A stretch of 64,000 bases of DNA, from positions 725,036 to 789,035 of the forward strand of contig JABUFB010000008.1 in the NCBI GenBank assembly GCA_013314775.1, given 5' to 3'. The position numbers and the translations under genes are program-made. Positions 56,136-64,000 of this stretch are shown here, one piece after another; the first letter of the stretch is position 1; each line of letters opens with the position of its first letter. The stretch comes from Armatimonadota bacterium. Lineage in GTDB: Bacteria; Armatimonadota; Zipacnadia; Zipacnadales; JABUFB01. Under the pieces are notes generated by a model that was given only the letters and a program-made list of their open reading frames with translations, made no database searches and was not told the DNA's origin.

Positions 56136-56399
56136 ATGGATGACGACGAACTGCTGGACCGCCTGGAGCGTCTGGCGACCTCGCTGGGGTACGAAATCCG
56201 ATACGAGGCCGCGGGTGGACGCAGCGGCAAGTGCGTGCTCCAGGGGCGCAAGGTGATGATCGTGGACAGCAGCCAGAACCTGCGGGGGAAGGTGGACGCG
56301 CTGGCGGTCATGCTGGCAGCCGAGGACCTGGAATCCATCTACCTGCCCCCGGCGCTGCGGTTACTGCTGGACACCTACGCTCCCCCGCCGGAGAAGTGA
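56136..56399 (+). CDS. Small hypothetical protein.
   Basis: An RBS (GGGAGGG) precedes the ATG (MDDDELL). It is 88 aa with no recognised motif. Confidence 0.35.
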   Translation: MDDDELLDRLERLATSLGYEIRYEAAGGRSGKCVLQGRKVMIVDSSQNLRGKVDALAVMLAAEDLESIYLPPALRLLLDTYAPPPEK

Positions 56400-56498
56400 C
56401 GCGAGGGCGCAGGTCCCGGAGGAAGTCCCGGTGAAAAGTGGACGGCGCAATGCGATGCCGGCCGTGACGACCGGCCTGTACGGAAGAGGTGACGCGAC

Positions 56499-57206
56499 GT
56501 GCGAGTCATGGCCGTCGGGGCGCATCCCGATGATGTGGAGATGTACTGCTCAGGGACTCTTCTTGCCTGCCGCGCAAGAGGCGATGATCTGTTCGTCTGC
56601 TGCATGACCAACGGCGACAAAGGCGCCTATGAGATGACCTGCGAGGAGCTTGCAGCCGTCCGCCGCAGGGAAGCCGGGGAAGCAGCCGCGATCTTCGGAG
56701 CGGAGCTGATGTTCCTGAGTCTGCCCGACGGTGAGCTTTTCGTGGATGAAGCGTGCCGTGCACCGCTCATCGACGCAATCAGACAGGCCCGTCCCGACAT
56801 TATCATCACACACAACCCCGAGGACTATCACCCGGACCACTGCAACACCAGCGCCCTTGTGTTCAGCGCGAGTTTCCTGGCAGGCGCACCCAATGTGAAA
56901 GGACTGCGAGACCTGCCGGGACATGACCGTGTGCCCGCAGTCTTCTACATGGACACGCCCACCGGCACGGGCTTCCAGCCTACCGAGTACGTGGACATCA
57001 CCCCGTACTGGGAGACCAAGGTCCGCATCATCGAGTGTCACGCCAGCCAGGTGCAATGGATCCGCGAGCACGACGGGCTGGACATCGTGGATGTTGCGCG
57101 GGTGATGGCCGAGTTCCGCGGCATGCAGTGCGGAGTCCGTTATGCGGAAGGCTTCCGGCAGCTCACGCAATGGCCGCGGATGACCACGAAACGACTGCTG
57201 CCCTGA
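56499..57206 (+). CDS. PIG-L/LmbE family N-acetylglucosaminyl deacetylase.
   Basis: It has AHPDDVE, then HPDH with a downstream His, which is the LmbE zinc site. Confidence 0.75.
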   Translation: MRVMAVGAHPDDVEMYCSGTLLACRARGDDLFVCCMTNGDKGAYEMTCEELAAVRRREAGEAAAIFGAELMFLSLPDGELFVDEACRAPLIDAIRQARPDIIITHNPEDYHPDHCNTSALVFSASFLAGAPNVKGLRDLPGHDRVPAVFYMDTPTGTGFQPTEYVDITPYWETKVRIIECHASQVQWIREHDGLDIVDVARVMAEFRGMQCGVRYAEGFRQLTQWPRMTTKRLLP

Positions 57207-57235
57207 ACCGGAATATGGAACGGAGGACGCGACGG

Positions 57236-58009
57236 ATGGCAAACTGGAATCTTGCCGAGACCACCCTGGGACTAGCGCGGGATGAGCAGTACGAAGTCGC
57301 GGTTCTGCCTGTGGGAGCAACCGAGGCCCACGGACTGCATCTTCCGTACGCAACCGACACGATCATGGTGGAACGCCTCGGGAGGCTGGCGTGCGAGCGG
57401 GCGTCGGGGGACGGCGCCAGGGTCCTGCTGCTGCCCGCATTGCCCTTCGGGATCAATGAGAACACCCTGGGGTTCAAGTGGACGATGAGTCTTCGCCCAA
57501 GTACGCTGTTCCAGGTGGTCACGGACATCGTGTCCAGTGTTGAGGAGCACGGAATCCCGAAGATGGTAGTGCTCAACGGCCACGGAGGAAACGAGTTCCA
57601 GCCCCTCCTGCGAGAGCTTTTTCGGCAGACCAGCGTGAGGTTGTTCCTCGTGAACTGGTACATGGCCAACCAGGCAGCGGCACGAGAAGTTTTCGAGCGG
57701 CCTGGAGAGCATGCGGATGAGATGGAGACTTCCATGCTCCTGCACATGCGGCCGGACCTGGTGCGGATGGAGCTTGCAGGAGACGGGGCGACGCGCGAAC
57801 CGGTTTTCCGAGCGATGCGCGAGGGCTGGGCGTGGGTGGCCCGTCCGTGGGACCGGTTCACCGTGGACAGCAGCTTCGGAGACCCGGCACGTGCGACAGC
57901 GCAAAAAGGTGCGGCTTACGAGGAAGCGATCGTCGGCAAGCTGGCGCAGTTCATTACCGAGCTCGCCGCGGCTCCGGTGGATGAAATGTTCCCATACCGT
58001 GAAGCATAG
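57236..58009 (+). CDS. Creatininase-family amidohydrolase.
   Basis: LPVGATEAHGLHLP and VLNGHGGN are creatinine amidohydrolase family motifs. An RBS (GGAGGA) precedes the ATG. Confidence 0.8.
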   Translation: MANWNLAETTLGLARDEQYEVAVLPVGATEAHGLHLPYATDTIMVERLGRLACERASGDGARVLLLPALPFGINENTLGFKWTMSLRPSTLFQVVTDIVSSVEEHGIPKMVVLNGHGGNEFQPLLRELFRQTSVRLFLVNWYMANQAAAREVFERPGEHADEMETSMLLHMRPDLVRMELAGDGATREPVFRAMREGWAWVARPWDRFTVDSSFGDPARATAQKGAAYEEAIVGKLAQFITELAAAPVDEMFPYREA

Positions 58010-58023
58010 TGGGCGGGCTGTTG

Positions 58024-58066
58024 CCTGAAAATGAAAGACCCCGCCGGGGTTGCCCTGGCGGGGTCT
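58024..58066 (-). terminator. Intrinsic terminator of cspA; the hairpin is shared with the convergent creatininase gene.
   Basis: AAGACCCCGCC-ggggttgccct-GGCGGGGTCTT is an 11-bp stem. It is followed on the minus strand by UUUCAUUUUC. Confidence 0.55.
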
Positions 58067-58087
58067 TGGGCTCGCGCAGTGAGTGTC

Positions 58088-58291
58088 TTAGTTGATGACC
58101 ATGACGTTCTCGGCCCGAGGGCCCTTCGCGTCCTGGACCACGTCGAACTCAACCTTCGCGCCTTCGGCCAGAGACCGGTAGCCCTCCCCAACAATGGCGG
58201 AGAAATGAACGAAAACGTCCTCGCTACCATCGGTCTCAATGAAACCGAAGCCCTTCTCGTCGTTGAACCACTTGACGGTGCCAGTAGGCAA
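58088..58291 (-). CDS. cspA: Cold-shock protein (CspA family).
   Basis: It has [15 protein letters not shown] (RNP1) and VFVHFSAI (RNP2). The start is TTG with GGAGGT 9 nt upstream. Confidence 0.9.
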   Translation of the reverse strand: MPTGTVKWFNDEKGFGFIETDGSEDVFVHFSAIVGEGYRSLAEGAKVEFDVVQDAKGPRAENVMVIN

Positions 58292-59134
58292 AACAGATAC
58301 ACCTCCATTCGCCAGTTTCGACCAGGAACCCCCGCCGCGACCAGAAATGGCAGAGATGTATCTGCCGAGCTGGACAATCGCACACCAGGTACCTTAGTCG
58401 TGCATGCGTCAGTCTTGTGAACTACCACAAGACCGAGATTACTATACCACACCACCGTGGACATGTCAAAACGCGTCGAAAGGTGGGGTGCGTTCGGCGA
58501 GAGTAGGTGGGTTCTTGGGTGGATATGGCAGGAGCCGTCCTCTTGGAGCGAGAATGGAGTTGCGCTCACGAACACCAGTCTCACGGGAGGACGGCCCACA
58601 TGTCTATTAGCCAACAGAGCCGCGCAGACCTTCAGTCGCGTATCCGAGAATGGATGGACCAGCAGCCGTCGGCAGGGGCCTCATCGCTTTCCGCGCCTCC
58701 ACCCGAGAACGAAAAGAGACGCCGCCGTTGAGGCAAAGCGCGCGATACGGGCCCCACAGGCCCCTGACATACGCGCCCGAGAAGCACCCAGAAGCCCCTG
58801 CAAGGGCGACACAACCGGGCAGCGCTTCAAACATTTCGTCCCATTCGGGGGCTCAGGCGGTCTGAGGCGCACCGATGCCACGGGTTCCGTTCCGCTTCGC
58901 TCCACTCCCCCCGTGGCCAAAGGCTGCCGCACGCTTGGCGGGCTGTGAGGCGGAAGGCCCGACGGCGAGACTCCAGCAGGCTCCAGGCTTGCGCAACTCA
59001 TACCCAGCAGGGAGAGCCGCCTGACTTCGGTTGGTCGAGACGCGGGCGGGCCGGCTATCATGTCATGCGCAGACGCCCAGGAGATTGTGCCGCATCCTGC
59101 GCCGCATTGCGGGTCCCAGGACCTCGGGCGCTGC

Positions 59135-60586
59135 CTAATCTGCCGCGAACATGGTCTCCAGGATCCCCACGGCCTCATCAACGAGTTGCTGGCCACCGGC
59201 GGGCGACACATTGCAGCTTGCCGGCACCGCACCATAACTCAGTCCCTCCGCCGCGCGCTCGGTTGCCAGATAGGGACCACCGACGACGAGTTGCACCACG
59301 AAAGTCTGCACCGCCGGCGAGCGCCCTTTGATGCGGTCACCAAAGTCCAGGTAGTACTCGAATGGCGCTGTGACAAGAGCAATGTCGCCCACACGCAGGA
59401 CATTGACCTCGGTGGGCACACTATCCGGCGGGTTCTCGTAGCGGTCCACCGCGCGCCGGCACCAGGCGATCCTCGAGCGCAGAGATGTGTACTGGCTCCC
59501 CAGACGATCGGCATCACCCAGTTCTGCCAGCTGCCTCTCGGCCTCTGCAATGTCCTGCATCAAATCCGCATGCTCCGCCGCCGTGACCCTCCAGTGTTCG
59601 AGTTGGAGCGTGCGGTTCTCGTGTTTCAGTACCGCCCGGTCCCGCAGATCGCCGCGGATGACGGTCTCGGCCCCAACGGTCGCGTCCGCGATGCGGCAAG
59701 CAATCTCGGTGCGCAGAGCGGCGTTCAGGGGACGGCCAACTCCGCCGCCGTATTTGAGCTGCAGCATACGATCTTCAGCCTTCTTCGCGATCAGCCGGTG
59801 CGGGCTCTGGTCACCTGCGGCCGAACACTGGGGCAGCACGAAAAGGCCCGCGCCCAACCGCCGGCGCAACTCTTCGCGGACGTCATGCCAGTAGTCGGCC
59901 GAGACAAAGTCCTGCCCGCTTTCGCTGGCTTGCGACGGGCAGGCGAGATTGATCAGCACGCCCGTCAGGTTCCTCGCGGAGTCGTATGTGAACAGCAGGT
60001 TCACGCCGTGGTCTACGTGGCCCTCGATGTGAGAGAACTCGGGCACACTGGTGCTGCCGTACATCTTCGCGCTGCCGTCGAAGTACCGGACACGGCGGTT
60101 CTCGCCCACCACTGCGTGCGAGTAGCCCCAGCCGATGTGCCCCTCCGAGCGCCGTTTCCACGCCTCGCACACCGCATCCACCAGCGCCTCGATGAGCATC
60201 TCGGTGTACTCGGCTACGGTCACGTAATCAGGATAGCGGGCCCTGATGGCATCAAGGTACTCGGCATCCTGCTGCCAGCCGCCGGTTCCGTTAAATGGTC
60301 CGGTGTGCGTGTGCGTCGCGCCGATGATGATCTTGTGCGGATCCAGCTCCGGAACGCGTTCGGCAAGCGCCGCTCGCACCTCCCGGAGCACTTCGCCAGC
60401 GACTGAACACGCATCCACGGAAACGATCGCCGCATGGTCATCGTCTCTCTGCAGCACTAAGGCGGTCAATGTGAGCGGATCCTGCACTCGTGTGGCGATG
60501 CGCAGGTTGAACTGTCCGTGAAGGGATACCGGCCCCTGAGGGGTGATGTCTCGCTGTGCCCAGCCGATCCGGATCTTGTTTTTCAT
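59135..60586 (-). CDS. Neutral/alkaline ceramidase-like hydrolase (N-terminal ceramidase domain), cytoplasmic.
   Basis: IIGATHTHTGP is the signature of neutral ceramidases. There is no signal peptide. The start is at MKNKIRIGW (60586). Confidence 0.65.
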   Translation of the reverse strand: MKNKIRIGWAQRDITPQGPVSLHGQFNLRIATRVQDPLTLTALVLQRDDDHAAIVSVDACSVAGEVLREVRAALAERVPELDPHKIIIGATHTHTGPFNGTGGWQQDAEYLDAIRARYPDYVTVAEYTEMLIEALVDAVCEAWKRRSEGHIGWGYSHAVVGENRRVRYFDGSAKMYGSTSVPEFSHIEGHVDHGVNLLFTYDSARNLTGVLINLACPSQASESGQDFVSADYWHDVREELRRRLGAGLFVLPQCSAAGDQSPHRLIAKKAEDRMLQLKYGGGVGRPLNAALRTEIACRIADATVGAETVIRGDLRDRAVLKHENRTLQLEHWRVTAAEHADLMQDIAEAERQLAELGDADRLGSQYTSLRSRIAWCRRAVDRYENPPDSVPTEVNVLRVGDIALVTAPFEYYLDFGDRIKGRSPAVQTFVVQLVVGGPYLATERAAEGLSYGAVPASCNVSPAGGQQLVDEAVGILETMFAAD

Positions 60587-60889
60587 TTCGCGTGTGCCTC
60601 GGTTCTGTGACGGAATGCCCTCGGAGAGCACTCAGGGCGGTCCGAAGGTTGTTCAGGCCATTTCTATCTGCGCGGCAGTCGGACCCACACGATGCGTAGT
60701 GCCTTTGTGTGTTGCCTGTGCAGCAGACATAGAGAGCGATGGCCCCTGGACTCTTCCACGTGGGAAGTACACTCCACCTTCCCGCGGGATTGGACAAAGG
60801 CCGGTGCGGTTCCTGCAAGGTCTCCACGCCTGCCGAGGGGAACAGTCCTGCAGTGACGCGGCACGACTCCCTCGCAACGAGGTGCGCTC

Positions 60890-62173
60890 ATGCTCACGGC
60901 CGGAGTGTCCTGTCTGGATATTACTCCTCCTCTGGGGACCCGGATGCGCGGCTATTTCGAGGAACGCACGGCCAGCAGCGTGCACGATCCCCTGCACGTG
61001 CGCAGCTTCGCCCTGGAGGATTCCGGCGCCGCGCTTGCCATCGCCGTCTGTGATGTGATCGGCATCAGCCGCCAATACCTGGACCGGGCCAAACCCCGAA
61101 TTGCTGAGACCACCGGCCTGCAGCCGAAGCAGGTGATGATCGCCTGCACCCACACCCATACCGGACCGGAAACCGGCGATGACCCTTACACAGAGTGGCT
61201 TTGGGGACGCATCGCCGACGGTGTGCGCATCGCCTGGCAGGCCCGGGAACCCGCGCAAGTGGGATGGGCGCGGACCACAGAGGCGAGGCTGGTTTTCAAT
61301 CGCCGGTACCACATGGCGGATGGCTCTGTCCAGACCAATCCGGGCGTGGGCAATCCCGATGTGGTCGAGCCGGCTGGACCGGTTGACCCCGAAGTAGGCG
61401 TTCTTGCACTTCATCGCGCGGATGGCCGGACGCTGGGCCTGCTGGGCAACTACTCGCTGCATTACGTGGGTATCCCCGACGACTTCACGTCTTTCTCGGC
61501 CGACTATTTTGGATTCTTCTCAACCATGGTGCAGCGGCTGCGGGGGGAGAGCTTCGTTGCCGCCCTGTCTAACGGTGCATCGGGGGACATCAATAACGTG
61601 GACGTGCTGGGCCGGTCCGTGAGGCGCAATGACCGGTACCAGCATTGCGAACGCGCGGGGGCAATCGTCGCCGCGAGCGCCTTCTATGCGTGGAACGAAG
61701 CGGAGTTCACCGGGCAGACGCGCCTTAGCAGCGCGCTTGCCGAGATCACCCTGGAACCTCGCCCGCCGGCCACTGAAGAGGACCTGGCGAAGGCACGGGA
61801 GATCGAGGACCGTCTCGCCGCTGGCCAACACGTGCTCATGGGCGAGCGATCCTTCCAGCGGCGCGTCCGGCGCTTCGAGGCGGAGCCACCTGCTGCTCGG
61901 GCCACGGTGGTTCAGGCCCTGCGCGTCGGTGACCTTGCACTGGTGGGCGCGCCGGGAGAGTTCTTCGTCGAACTGGGCCTGGAGATCAAGCGCCGCTCGC
62001 CTTTTGCGCAGACCATGGTGATCGAGCTGGCTAATGACAGTGTGGGCTACATCCCGACCCGGCGTGCTTTCGAGGAAGGAGGGTACGAACCCAACTCCAG
62101 CCCCTACAAGCCGGGGTTTGGCGAACTGATCGTCGAGACGGCCGTGGGGTTGTTGGAAGGCCTCAAGGACTGA
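60890..62173 (+). CDS. Neutral/alkaline ceramidase-like hydrolase, divergent paralog.
   Basis: [11 protein letters not shown] is present, with the same domain order. It is divergent from 59135..60586 across a roughly 300-bp spacer. An RBS (GAGGTG) precedes the ATG. Confidence 0.65.
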   Translation: MLTAGVSCLDITPPLGTRMRGYFEERTASSVHDPLHVRSFALEDSGAALAIAVCDVIGISRQYLDRAKPRIAETTGLQPKQVMIACTHTHTGPETGDDPYTEWLWGRIADGVRIAWQAREPAQVGWARTTEARLVFNRRYHMADGSVQTNPGVGNPDVVEPAGPVDPEVGVLALHRADGRTLGLLGNYSLHYVGIPDDFTSFSADYFGFFSTMVQRLRGESFVAALSNGASGDINNVDVLGRSVRRNDRYQHCERAGAIVAASAFYAWNEAEFTGQTRLSSALAEITLEPRPPATEEDLAKAREIEDRLAAGQHVLMGERSFQRRVRRFEAEPPAARATVVQALRVGDLALVGAPGEFFVELGLEIKRRSPFAQTMVIELANDSVGYIPTRRAFEEGGYEPNSSPYKPGFGELIVETAVGLLEGLKD

Positions 62174-62409
62174 ACCCGGGCTGTTCCGGCAGCGATGATC
62201 AGCAGACTTCGGTCATCGCGCAGGCGCCGTTCCTCGCCGTGCGTTTCCCGATTCCCCGTGCCCATGAAGTTCGCGAAAAAAAGCCGGCGCGAAGGAGTGA
62301 ACTTCGCGGGAATGGTACACGTCACTCGTCCTTAGGGACTGGTGGATGGCGCTTGCGCGTCATCTGTCCTGCATGCCGCCTGCAGGCGGCTGACTGGGGG
62401 TCGAAATGC

Positions 62410-63111
62410 ATGAGACGCGGGTTCACGTTGATCGAGCTGTTGGTGGTGATCGCGATTATCGCGATTCTGGCCGCGATACTCTTCCCGGTCTTTGCGCGCG
62501 CCAGAGAGAAAGCCCGGCAGGCAAGTTGCTCATCGAACCAGAAACAGATCGCATTGGGCATCCTGATGTACGGGCAGGACTACGACGAAGCATTCCCGGG
62601 TTTCTACTACAAGGCAACCACGGCTGATTGGCCGCTGTTCATCTGGATTGACGCGGTCAAGCCCTACGTGAAGAATGAGCAGATCTTCCGCTGTCCCAGC
62701 GGCAATGACAGCACCCTCACCGGCCCATCCACCAACTACGCGGGCACCACGATCACCACTTCCTACGCCGTGAACCGATACGTCTGCAATGGGGGGCGCG
62801 GAGCATTCGACAACCGCATCGGCCAGATAACCTACCCGGCACAGACCTTGCTCACCTTCGACGCCATTCGAGCTTCGCGCTGGTGTGCCACGCCGATGGG
62901 AACCGGAGGCAGCCGCGGTGATGACTGCTACGGCCGCCCCGCCGGGATCATCGAAGTCGCTGGTGGCTCATTCACCGTCGGGCAGGACTTCGGTCTTCAC
63001 AATGAAGGTGCCAACATGTCCTTCTGCGACGGCCACGTGAAATGGCAGAAGAGCGGATCGTGGGAATCGTACGCGAAGCATTACACCACTTACTGGCAGA
63101 AGACGCGCTGA
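62410..63111 (+). CDS. Prepilin-type N-terminal cleavage/methylation domain protein, DUF1559 family (second copy).
   Basis: [46 protein letters not shown] is nearly identical to the leader of the 3886 gene. [16 protein letters not shown] is the H-X9-DG motif. Confidence 0.8.
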   Translation: MRRGFTLIELLVVIAIIAILAAILFPVFARAREKARQASCSSNQKQIALGILMYGQDYDEAFPGFYYKATTADWPLFIWIDAVKPYVKNEQIFRCPSGNDSTLTGPSTNYAGTTITTSYAVNRYVCNGGRGAFDNRIGQITYPAQTLLTFDAIRASRWCATPMGTGGSRGDDCYGRPAGIIEVAGGSFTVGQDFGLHNEGANMSFCDGHVKWQKSGSWESYAKHYTTYWQKTR

Positions 63112-63625
63112 AATCGCGCTTGCCGCCCCGGGACGCCGGCGCTGTATCGGTGGCCGCCAGGCGTCCCGGGACGTCGCTTTGGCCGGGTAGACAGCGTAGG
63201 AGCGGCGGCTGATTGACCGGACCGAGGTGACGGAGACGATGGCCGGGCACACTCGCGGGATATTGCGTATCTGGGGTGGAACACCGTTGGGGGCCGATTG
63301 TTTGTTTCTGCATTACCCAGTTATGAAAGACTGAGCCGAACTGCCTGCTGTGACGAGTAGGCCCGCATGCCGGGGCGGGAGACGGACGTTGCCGGCGGCC
63401 ACCTTCCGGCCGTTGATGAGCACGCCAAAGCAGGGCTACACGCGCCGCACTGCGCGCGGCGCCCGGAGAGAGCACGCTGAGTGGCCGCGCCATCCACATC
63501 GCGGCAGGTCACAATCGCGCCCTCTCGGGGTTTCGCCTCGCCGGCGCGAGCCACACGACACTCATCGCACCTTGCGCTCATCAGGCATTCCGCTGCGCTC
63601 GCGTTGAAAGGCGGTTGTTCCTCGA

Positions 63626-64000
63626 ATGGGAGCACCAACCCGTCTGCTGGTCATCGGTATCGACGGCGCCGACTTCATCCTGATGTCGGAATGGTTGGCG
63701 GGGGGGCACCTGCCGAACCTCGCGAAGCTTTGTGAATCCGGACGCCTCCTTCCTTGCAGTTCCACACACCCCCCTGTCACCGCGCCCGCCTGGACCACAG
63801 CATTCACCGGCTGCAATCCGGGCAAGCATGGGCTGTATGATTTCTGGGATTTCAGCTTTCCCAACCGGCGGCCATGGTGGACTGAGCCCAGACGGTGCCC
63901 CAGCCTGTGGCGCATCCTGTCGGAAGCAGGGCTTTCCTGCGGCCTGGTGAACCTGCCGATGAACTTCCCGGCCGAGGCGATCAATGGTGTGATCATCTCG
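63626..64000 (+). CDS. Type I phosphodiesterase / nucleotide pyrophosphatase (alkaline-phosphatase superfamily), 3'-truncated by the window end.
   Basis: LLVIGIDGADF...PPVTAPAWTTAFTGCNPGKHGLYDFWDF aligns with the Phosphodiest family metal-site region. The ORF is open to the window end. Confidence 0.6.
   Translation, partial: MGAPTRLLVIGIDGADFILMSEWLAGGHLPNLAKLCESGRLLPCSSTHPPVTAPAWTTAFTGCNPGKHGLYDFWDFSFPNRRPWWTEPRRCPSLWRILSEAGLSCGLVNLPMNFPAEAINGVIIS

Noticed and set aside
58457-58948. A 163-aa ORF in the cspA upstream region.
   Set aside because: It is Arg-rich with no RBS and an odd composition. The region is more likely non-coding leader or ncRNA.

Overview
This is a GC-rich, gene-dense bacterial chromosomal window of about 50 CDS plus one tmRNA, with no CRISPR array and no transposase or integrase detected. 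Two DUF1559 prepilin-type proteins (N-terminal [34 protein letters not shown]-terminal H-X9-DG motif) suggest a Planctomycetota-like or similar diderm lineage; this is an inference. Housekeeping genes are serA, surE, pyrG, pcrA, recJ, rph, rdgB, tyrS, corA, cspA and ssrA. They are interleaved with carbohydrate-active and accessory loci, listed here in window order. The first is a sugar-modification cluster with a DegT aminotransferase, two xylose-isomerase-like TIM barrels, an RmlC-like cupin and a CBM-tailed enzyme. The second is an acyl-CoA ligase operon with two M16-like proteins that lack an evident zinc motif. The third is a glycoside-hydrolase-like, SDR and HpcH-aldolase neighbourhood. 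The fourth is a roughly 1,500-aa Wza-like polysaccharide export protein with about 15 tandem SLBB repeats, which I rate the most unusual single gene. The fifth is a minus-strand operon of aldose-1-epimerase (galM), GH130, URO-D-like, DapA-like and a YihY/BrkB-nucleotidyltransferase fusion. The sixth is an anaerobic-sulfatase-maturase-like radical SAM/SPASM enzyme next to an orphan membrane-fusion protein. The last is a divergent pair of neutral-ceramidase-like paralogs. I also flag two long non-coding leaders (upstream of tyrS and cspA), several stem-loop terminators, and a string of 4-nt overlapping stop/start junctions. All calls rest on motif recognition in the supplied translations; no database searches were run.
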